A DNA stretch of 64,000 bases from Haliotis rubra (lineage: Eukaryota): the NCBI RefSeq assembly GCF_003918875.1, contig NW_025767740.1, positions 62,001 to 126,000 of the forward strand. The letters run 5' to 3'. The position numbers and the translations under genes were made by a program. The notes under the pieces are model-generated. The model was given only the letters and a program-made list of their open reading frames with translations. It did not search any database and was not told the origin of the DNA. This document shows positions 50,388 through 61,021 of the stretch, piece after piece (position 1 is the stretch's first letter; each line of letters opens with the position of its first letter).

Positions 50388-51680
50388 CAGTGAGTTCAGG
50401 TTTACGCCGCACCCCTCAATATTCCAGCTATGTGGGGGCGGTCTGTAAATAATCGAGTCTGGACCAGACAATCCAGTGATCAACAGCATGAGCATCGATC
50501 TACGCAACAGGAATACAATGACATGTGTCAACCAAGTCAGCGAGCCTGACCACCTGATCACGCTAGTCGCCTCTAAGCATGGGTTACTGAAGATCAATTC
50601 TAACCCAGATCTTCACGTGTATGTGGTCTTCAGACAATACACAGTATGACAATAACAAGTAACGCTTCAATCCATCATCATCTGTTTTGTTACTTGGATC
50701 ATAGCAGTATCACGCACATGTATTCTCATGATAATAAACACACTTATTCCATTGTGGAATTCAATTTAAATTATTTAATTAATTTAATCAAATCTTTTTA
50801 CCCTGGTTGAGTTTCTGCTGGAAACATAACCCTCGTTTGTCTATTTTCGTTATCATTTCTTCCCGAGTACCCAAACCATTCGCCTCATTCCAATCCTGGA
50901 CGTCATATCGATAAGCTTCGGAGTCCACGATAAAACATGATTCACTTGTTCTGTTTTGTAAGTGACTATCACTTCAAGCAAAACAACCTGGCAGTTGAAT
51001 TGATATTTACATGGATGGTGTTCAATCTGTTTACCAAATATTATTAACCATGGAAATATTTTCCTCATTCTCATTCTTGCACAAACGAACGAATGAGCCA
51101 ATGCCGCCAACAGAGAGCCACGTGCTTGGTTGGTTTGTTGTTTAAAGTTTGAGACACTAATATGTTTGTTTGTTGTTTAACGCCGCACCCAGCAATATAC
51201 CAGCTATATGGTGGCGGTCTGTAATTAATCGAGTCTGAACCAGACAATCCAGTGATTAACAAACATCATGAAATCGAACTACGTAATTGGGATACGATGA
51301 CATGTGTCAACCAAGTCAGCGGGTCTGACCAGCCGATCCCGTTAGCCGCCTCTTAGCATGGGTGACTGAAGATCGGTTCTAACCCGGATCTTCACGTTAG
51401 GTAATGTTACATAGCATTTAGCAGCCATATAGGAACAAGCAAATTACTGTCTGTTAACAGGTTGTATTTGTTTGTTGTTTAACGCTCACTCAGTAATATT
51501 ACAACTATATGGCGACGGTCTGTAAATACTAGAGTCTGGACCAGACAATCAAGTGATAAACATCATGGGCATCGATCTACGCAATTGGGATAGAATGACG
51601 TGTCAACCAAGTCTGACCACCCGATCCCGTTAGTCGCCTCTAACGGCAAGCATGGGTTGCTGAAGATCCCGGATCTTCAA
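50388..51680 (-). mobile_element. Three family B SINEs (50388-50617, 51165-51397, 51468-51680)
   Basis: Reverse complements of the family B consensus. Confidence 0.8.
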
Positions 51681-52126
51681 GGGTGCAAGTAGTATAACCG
51701 ATATAAAACTAGTCCAATGACTTGGACACGACCATGGGTCATCCCACCCGCTTACCATTGACAATAACGCATGGATTATATATTACATGAACAAAAGAGA
51801 AAAATAAAACACACTGCCCTTCCTTAGTCTAACGCTTAGTCTCTGAAAATATATCGTTTTGATAGAAACTAGCAGCTACATGTATGTTGAAAAGAAACCC
51901 AAGTGAGAGGGGAGATTCAGAACTTGAGGAAAACCGAGACTTATACTCCATGTGGGGCGTTTGCATTACAGACAGTGATTCACGGATTGTGAGACAGGCT
52001 AGTCCCAACCCCGCCCTTACAAAAACTTCAAAAAATAATAAACAGTTACAGTCACCAACATAAAGACAAGCATGCAGATTCACCACCAGCCTGCATGTGA
52101 TAATCTTACTACCATTAATCGCCTCC

Positions 52127-52280
52127 CGGGGCGGTGGGGTAGCTTAGTGGTTAAAGCGTTCACTCGTCACGCTGAAAAACCGGTTCGATTCCCCAGATGG
52201 GTACAACCTGTGAAGCCCATTTTTAGTGATATTTGCTGGAATATTGTGAAAAGCGGAGTAAACTAAACTCGCTCACTAAT
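52127..52280 (+). mobile_element. SINE family A
   Basis: ggggcggtggggtagcttagtggttaaagcg..ggttcgattcccc. Confidence 0.82.
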
Positions 52281-52324
52281 CGCTTCCATTTTCTAGCAAA
52301 TCGTGTGTCTGCTCGGAAGGTCCT

Positions 52325-52574
52325 ATCCGGGGTAGAAGAGGTCTTCAGCAACCCATGCTTGCCACAAAAGGCGACTATGTTTGTCGTAAGAGGCGACTAA
52401 CGGGATCGGATGGTCAGGCTCGCTGACTTGGTTGACACATGTCATCGGTTCCCAATTGCGCAGATCAATGCTCATGCTGTTGATCACTGGATTGTCTGGT
52501 CCAGACTCGATTATTTACAGACCGCCGCCATATAGCTGGAATATTGCTGAGTGCGGCGTAAACTCACTCATTCA
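52325..52574 (+). mobile_element. SINE family B with a 13 bp target-site duplication
   Basis: ctcggaaggtcct (52312-52324) and ctcgggaggtcct (52575-52587). Absent from the paralogous block near 57460. Confidence 0.85.
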
Positions 52575-52917
52575 CTCGGGAGGTCCTTGGTTCGGTCCCA
52601 TGGACACGCAAAACCAAACACACGTCAAAAAATGTATTTATTATTTACAAAACTGATCGACTCTAGGTAAGAATAGTGTATCTGAGTGGGGTTTCATGTT
52701 AAACTTCAGAATTGTAACCTTTAAGGTCGTCATAAAACAGTGCTTCTGGACTTAACTGCACGCCTGTCGTTCACTTAAACCTACTTTGATCTAAGTGCAC
52801 ATCCCAGTGTAGGTTAAGGGCTCTACATACGCCACTACGTACATGTGCACTTGATCGCGACGTTAACTGCTGTAAAACGTTAATGGTCGTACAGGTCGTA
52901 CCCAAATTCACCTGACG

Positions 52918-53262
52918 AGTGAGTGGGTTGAGTTTGACGCCGCTTTTAGTAATATTCCAGCAACACCAAGGCGAGGGATGCCACAAAAGGGCCCCACACA
53001 TTATACCCATGTGGGGAATCGAACCTGGGTGTTCGGCTGTCGCGCGAACGCCTTAACCACTAAACTACCCCACCGCCCCCATGACGCCAAACACGTTTGA
53101 GGACGGGAGCGGTGGAGTAGCCTAGTTGTTAAAGCGTTCGCTCCTCACGCTCAGCCCCGGGTTCGATTCCCCACATAGGTACAATGTGTGAAGCCCATTT
53201 CCGGTGTCCCCCGCCGTGATATTGCTTGAATATTGCTAAAAGCGGCGTAAAACCCAACTCAA
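52918..53262. mobile_element. Head-to-head pair of family A SINEs
   Basis: Minus copy ends at 53080, 24 bp spacer, plus copy from about 53105. Confidence 0.82.
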
Positions 53263-54099
53263 TTACTTTGTATCTAAACACATCATCCTTACATACTATG
53301 TTTATACGAAGACAAACTGTTTTTTTCTTTTTTTTTTATTCATTCAAAATCAGTAGCTACAAATATACAAAATGCATGATGCAACAAAACTTGTACGCAA
53401 TAAAATAGAAATTCATATGGGTTGGCATTACACATACTGGAATCTTCATTAGTATTAAGCTGGGAATGTGTGCAATAGGGATGACCATTTTCTGTCAAAT
53501 TGTAATATGTTTTTATTTTTATTGGCAAAAACCTTTTCTGTCTTGAAACTATCACTCAATATTTTTACAAATGTATCCAGTGATAACTTATGTTTTTTAA
53601 TACTTGATACATGGATGTATTTTTTTACTGGCAAGAAGTATATGGTTCATAAGGCCGTTATTATTTCCGCCAATTAAGACTGACGTGTATATTTTGTCAG
53701 GATAAAATTTTCTGATGATTTACCTTCAATATATTCTTTCAGTTTGAACGAGAACGTTTTCACACATTCACAGTCCCAATAAACATGTATCAAATTTTCT
53801 GACATTGAATTACAAAATGAGCAAAATTTCATCATCTACTAATTTCATCCTCAATAATTCTTTTTTAGTATAGACAATATTGTGGATAAATTAAATATTG
53901 GAAGTCAATAAATTTTGTGTCTTTTGTACATCTTCTATAGTTTATGAAGATATGTTGCAATATCAAAGATATTTTGCCACATGGTAGGTTTTCAGCACTT
54001 ATAAGTTTATCATAGAAATATCTGGATCTAGGTTTACTTTCAGCACCACGAATACAAACTTGGAATGTCCGCTGTCTCTTTGTGTATATAAACACATCG

Positions 54100-57000
54100 C
54101 CCTTACATACTGTGAGTACACGGATACGAGCTGTCTGTTTGCACACGGCCCAGAGGTGAAGAGGTTCACATCAACCCCCTACATTTTGCAAGACGCATGC
54201 ATACATTTGAAACTTCCATAAAGGTCTAATGACATCCGATGTATTCTGACTGTGAACGTATTACAACGCTATCATGAAATCATTTGCATAGGCTTCCCAA
54301 CAAGTAACACAACTTGCAAACGCGCTCAAATATTGTGCTGCTGCAACAAAATAGATTTTAAAACAACCTGCACATTGAATACTGTCATTGTGTGGTATTG
54401 TACCGTGACTAATAACAATACTGCAGTACCCGTACGTCACCTTGCCCTTTTATTTCCTGGAAACGCCACGATTTCTTTTCCTGGAATTTGAACTTGTAAT
54501 AGGTAGTATTGGTCCAGGGTTATGTTAGTCGTTGCTATGAGTAGCAGCTATGTAGGCCATGTACCCGACAGAGTTGCTGTGTCTTTGTTTCATATGGTAA
54601 ACAGGTAAGATATATGTGGCATGTTTTCATTATTATTTTGATATTTTGTTGATAGGTTTTTAAATTATTATGAAATTTGAACACGATATTACAGACAGAC
54701 AGACAGTTAATTCAGTATTTTAGGCCAAACGACCCATAGTACTGTTACATATTTTCAAAGTTTACATACTTATCCCGTTTTAAATCTATATATAAACACT
54801 TTTTTCGGAAAACGAGCAACAGAGGTAATAACATCTTCATTCTTAGAATTTAAAAAAAATTATCATAAAATGTTGATCCTTATACCCTGTACATGAGTTT
54901 GGAAGATATTTATTTCTCAGGTCTCGATAATGCTTAACACATGATATTCATCTTCGACATGGTTTCTATTACATTTTACACATAAAATTACATTTGGATT
55001 CAAATTGTTATATTTACGCTCAGAGTTTCGGTGAAATCATGCAAGGAGATTCTGAATTTACAGAAAGCTCTTCTCAAAGATTTGTCATGTAATACAGTAA
55101 AATATTACACGGATATTACATTCTGGCATGGACGGAAATGGTCTGTACTAACGAATGAAGGTGTTGAAAATTCAGATGATACCTGTAGAATCACCTACAG
55201 CGTCTGTAGTAAATGGATGGATGTATATAACAATAATGATATTGCTAAATGATAAGCATCTGCTGCCGAGGATGTGCATGTAAAGTTCTTGGAAATCAGA
55301 TGAACTGTTTCATTGCTTGGTCTCCCAAAAATATAACTGGAAGTTTGAAGTGGATAATAATAATATTTGGAGTTTAAGATACATAGCCCCAGGACAACCT
55401 ATATTCATTGTTGAATTCATGTATTGGTAGACACCAGTGTGTGAAATAATTCAAGCCTGCTGGATATTGCTCCATGTATTAATGTTCAGTCTATGGTGTG
55501 TCAGGAATACTGTCTTCAGTTTCTTCATAATTTCCACAAATATTTGGACTTTAGACCTATGTAACCCGAATGTTACTCCCTGAGTAATTTCAAACGTCTT
55601 AATGTATCTGTCCAAGGTGAATAAAGACACCCATATGTAACCTTGAAGACACCTGTATGTCACCTTGCCACGATTTCCCTGGACGACGAGCGAACGCTTT
55701 AACCACAAGGCTACCTCACCGCCCCCATAAATTTTAGAAATTCAACACCCATTTAGGTTGTCCGATATCATTATTAATTGAGTTAATTAAAGTTGGATAC
55801 CTTCTGTTGTTTAAACGTAACTTGCAAACAACCGTGTTCCAAGAGTTTGGTTGACGGACTTTAATGATATCCGATGAATTCTGAGTGTGAACGTATTACA
55901 ACACTATCATAAAATCATTTGAATAGGCTTCCAAAGTTACACCACTTGCAAACGCGATGTAATATTCAAATGGGATCACAAATCACATTTCCACAGCTAC
56001 ACCCGTTGAGTAAACGAAACATCCTTTGAGGTTTTGTGGATCATTGTGTTGCTGCACCAAAATAGATTTTAAAACGACGTGCATCTTGAATACTGTCATT
56101 GTGTGGTATTGTACCGTGACTGAGAACAATACCCGTATGTTACCTTGACCTTATGTTTCGTGGAAATGCCATGATTTCTTTTCCTTGAATTTGAAACTTG
56201 TCATGTGACAGATGGTGTTTATCCATTTATTAAGGTCGTTGCTGTGAGTCGTGGCTGCCCAGTTCATGTAGACGATATACCCGACGGGGTTGCGAAAAGC
56301 ATAGGACACTGTGTCGTTGTTTCATGTGGTTAGCAGGTAAGATATTTAGTTGCGGAACGTTTTAATTTGATATGTTGTTAATAGGTTTTTATAATTATTA
56401 TGAAATTGTCGTTTGAACATGGATATTACATTCTGGCATGGACAGAAATGGTCTGTACTAACGAATGAAGGTGTTAAAAATTCAGATGATACCTGTAGAA
56501 TCACCTACAGCGTCTGTAGTAAATGGATGTACGTATATAACAATAATGATATTACTAAATGATAAGCATCTGCTGCCGAGGATGTGCATGTAAAGTTCTT
56601 GGAAATAAGATGAACTGTTTTGCATGTCGTCAGCCGGGTCTAGTTCATTGCCTGGTCTCCCCAAAATATATCTGGAAGTTTGAAGTGGATAATGATATTA
56701 TTTGGAGTTTAAGATACATAGCCCCAGGACAACCTATATTCATTGTTGAATTCATGTATTGGTAGACACCAGTAAGTAATATAATTCAAACCGGCTGGAT
56801 ATTGCTCCATGTATTGATGTTCAGTCTATGATGTACTATGAATACTTTCTTCAGTTTTCCATTCACATAATTTCCACAAATATTTGGCCTTCATAACTGT
56901 AGCATTTAATTGTTTGTGACTGAGATTGCACCCATCCATACACTGTGGCTGTGAAAGGGACAAGCATTTTAAGTATACAGCAATGTCTATTCGCATATAC

Positions 57001-60000
57001 CAATCATCTATAAATACATACTCAAGAACAAACTTTGTACAGAATAAAGGCCCCTATGATCTTATCCTAATTGCGTAGATCGATGCTCATGTTGTTGATC
57101 ACTGGATTGTCTGGTCCAAAGTCGTATATTTACAGACAGACATACAGCTTGAATATTGTTAAGTGCGGCGTCACTCACTCACTCACTCACTCACTCACTC
57201 ACTATGAAGAAAAACAGTCTGGGAGTGTGTGGCTCTCGCACTATGACAGGGATGTCTACATTTTACCCCGGTATAACCAGGGAAGGTAGCCTGCTGGTTA
57301 AAGGTTCGCTCGTCCAGCCGAAGACGCGGGTTCGATTCCCCACATGGGTACAATGTGAGAAGCCAATTTCTGGTGTCCTCCGCCGTGGTATTGCTGGAAT
57401 ATACAAATTAAACTAAACTCACTCACTAATCTCCCTTCTCTAGCTGATCGTGTGTTTGCCGAGAGAACGAAAGGTCTTTGTCCCATCCCAAAGAGACGCC
57501 ACATCAAAAACGCGTCAAAAAATGTAGTTATTATTAACAAAAACAGGTTGGCTCTGAGTTAGCATACTGAATCTAAGGGGGGTTTCATGTTAAACTTCAG
57601 AATTGTAACCTTTAAGATTTCGTCATAACCAGTGCGTCTGGACTGAACTGCACGGCCGTCGTTCACTTAAACATTGATCAAGGTGCAGCACCCACTGTAC
57701 ATTAAGGGCTCTGCACACGTCACTACATACGTGCACTTGATCGCGACGTTAACTGCAGTAAAACGTTACGTTTGCGTAAACCCAGGTGAGTGAGTGAGTT
57801 TAGTTTTACGTCGCTTTTAGCAATATTCCAGCAATGTCACGGCGGGGGACATTAGAAAAGGACACCACACATTGTATCCATGTGAAGAATCGAACCCGGG
57901 CCTTCGACTGACGAGTGAACGCTTTAACCACTAGGCTACCCCACCGCCCCCATGACAGCAAACGCGTTTGAGAACGTTTGATTCCCCACATGGGAACAAT
58001 GTGTGAAGCCTATTTCTGGTGTCCCCCGCGGTGATGTTGCTGGAATATTGCTAAAAGTGGCGCAAAACCATACTCACTCACTCACTGACTGTGTATCTCA
58101 ACACATCGTCCTTTCATACTGTGAGTACACGTATACGAGCTGTCTGTTTGTAGAAGACCCAGAGGTGCAGAGGATCACACAGCTACACCGGTTGAGTAAA
58201 GAAAACCTTCTTTCATCTATTGTGGTGCATTGTGTTGGTGCACCAAAATAGATATTCACAACCTTCATATTGAATACTGTCATTATGTGGCAATGAACCG
58301 TTACTGAGAACATCACCCGTATGTCATCTTGCCCTTTTATTTCCTGGAAATGACATGATATCTTTTCCAGGAATTTGAATTTGAAATAGGTAGTACTGAT
58401 CCAGGGTTGTGTTAGTCGTTGCTATGAGTCGTGGCTGGGCAGTAGCAGGTATGTAGACGATGTACCCGAGAGGGTTGCGAAAAGCATAGGACACTGTCTC
58501 TTTGTTTCATGTGGTAAACAGGTAAGATATTTAGCTGAGGAACGTTTTCATTATTATCTTAATATGTTGTTGATAGGTTTTTATAATTATTATGAAATTG
58601 TCCTTTGAACACGGATATTGCATTCTGGCATGGAAAGAAATTGTCTGTGCTAACAAATGAAGGTTGTTGAAAATTCAGATGATACCGGTAGAATCGCCTA
58701 CAGTGTTTGTATGTATATGGTAAGAATAAACAAAGTCAGGTAATAAGCATCTGATGCCGAGGATATGCATGCAAAGCTCTTTGAAAACAAATGAACTGTC
58801 TTGCATGTCGTCTGCCGGGTCTAGTTCATTGCTTGGTATCGCCAAAATATTACTGAAAGTTTTAAGTGGGTATGATAAATATTTGGAGTTTAAGATACAT
58901 AGACCGAGGACATAGGCCTTTGTTCCTTGTTGAATAATTCAAGCCACCTGGATATTGCTCCATGTATTGATGTTCTGTATAAGATGTGCCAGGAATACTT
59001 TCTTCAGTTTTCCATTCACAGAATTTCCAAAAGTATTTAGACTTTTGACCTATGTAACAAGAATGTTACTCCCTGAGTAATTTCAAACTTCTTAATGTAT
59101 CTGTCCAAGGTGAATGAGGACACCTGTATGTCACTTTGCCCTTTTGTTTCCTGGAAATGCCAGGATTTCTTTCCTGGAATTTAAAACTTGTCATGTGATC
59201 GGCGGTATTGTTTTGGTCATGGCTGTGACTCGTGACTGTAAGGAGCACAGATATACACAATGCACAAGGATTTATGTACAACCTAGAAGTGATTGTTTTC
59301 TTATTGCATACAAACTTTCAAGTGTCTAGGAATGTTACTCCCTGAGAAATTTCAAACTTATTAATGTATCTGTCCAAATTGAATGAGGACACTTGTATGT
59401 CACTTTGCCCTTTTGTTTCGTGGAAATGCCAGGATTTCTTTCCTGGAATTTAAAACTTGTCATGTGATCGGCGGTATTGTTTTGGTCATGGCTGTGACTC
59501 GTGACTGTAAGGAGCACAGATATACACAATGCACAAGGATTTATGTACAACCTAGAAGTGATTGTTTTCTTATTGCATACAAACTTTCAAGTGTCTAGGA
59601 ATGTTACTCCCTGAGAAATTTCAAACTTATTAATGTATCTGTCCAAACTGAATGAGGACACCTGTATGTCACTTTGCCCTTTTGTTTCGTGGAAATGCCA
59701 GGATTTCTTCCTGGAATTTGAAACTTGTCATATAATCGGTGGTATTGGTTTGGTCATGGCTGTGACTCGTGACAGTACAGTAGCACAGATATACACAATG
59801 CACAAGGAGTTTATTGTATACATATTTTCAATTGTCCAGGAATGTTACTCCCTCAGTAATTTCAAATGTATCTGTCCATGGTGAATGAGAACACCTGTCA
59901 GCATCTGGTGTGGAAGATGTGCATGCAAAGTTCCTGGAAATCAAATGAACTCTCTTTGATGTCCAGTTCATTGTTTGGTCTCCCCAAAATATGACTGAAC

Positions 60001-60440
60001 GTGTTCAGTGAATAAGACTGACTGACTGAGTTTGGTTTTGCACCGCTTTTAGCAATATTCCAGCAACATCACGGCGGGGGACACCAGAAATGGGCTTCAC
60101 ACATTGTGCCCATGTGGGGATTCGAACCCGGGTCTTCGGCGTGACGAGCCAAAGCTTTTACCATTAGGCTACCCCACCGCCCCTCAGTGAATAAGAATAA
60201 TATTTGGAGTTTAAGATACATAGATCCAGGACAATCTTTGTTCCTTGTTAAATTCATGTCTTGGTTGACATTAGTGAGTGAAACAATTAAAGCAGACTGG
60301 ATATTGCTACATTTATTGATGTTCAGTCTATGATGTGACACGATTACCTTCTTCAGTTTTCCATTCACATAATTTCCACAAATATTTGGAGTTGTAAGCC
60401 CAATTTGACCCACCCCGAGTAATTTCCAAATTCCTAATGT
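54100..60440. repeat. Locally amplified ~1.3 kb complex repeat with interspersed SINEs (57068-57428, 57787-58090, 60020-60184)
   Basis: aaattcagatgatacc..tagaatc motif near 55165, 56475 and 58670. The first two are 1310 bp apart. Confidence 0.82.
59062..59870. repeat. 269 bp tandem repeat, 3 copies
   Basis: aatgttactccctgag at 59062, 59331 and 59600. Confidence 0.92.
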
Positions 60441-61021
60441 ATCTGTGAATTAGGCAGGATATAGAAATGTCCTAGACAGATATAAATTTACAGAGTGAAG
60501 CTTAAAAAAGTTTAGCCTTTCAGTATTCCAGCCATATAGTCTGTAAGTAACCAGACAATCCAGTGACTGACATCATGTGCTTCAAGCTACACAGTTGGGA
60601 TATGACGACATGCATCAACCAAGTCAGAGAGCCTGACAACCAAATCCTGTTATTTGCCTCTTAAGTCAAGCATGGATTACTGAAGACCGGATCTTCACTA
60701 GTCATGTTTGCAAGGACAAGCTAAAGACCAATTCTAACTATTTAGGATCTTCACGGGTCATCAAGTCACATCTTATGACAAGCATAGACTACTATGGACT
60801 CATTCTAACGTGCAATATCTATGGTAAAGATGGAAACCTGTTTGTTTTTGTCCTTTTATGCAGATTTTATCAAGAGATAGTTTGATGGTAATTTTTCTGA
60901 CTTCACTAATGAAAGTTAAAGTTGTTGGTTATTGATATTGTTCAAACGCTTTAATTTCAGAAACAAGGCGCGGGGGTCTTGGTAGCACCGTGGTGAGCTA
61001 TCGACAACTAGGAGGGTAATC

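Noticed and set aside
52127-52200. tRNA genes at SINE heads
   Set aside because: A and B boxes are present but run into a shared SINE body and tail. Copies are diverged and no full cloverleaf is evident.
60908-60922. IRF/ISRE-like site gaaagttaaagt near the copy 2 first exon
   Set aside because: One mismatch in the second GAAA core, and such motifs are frequent by chance in AT-rich DNA.
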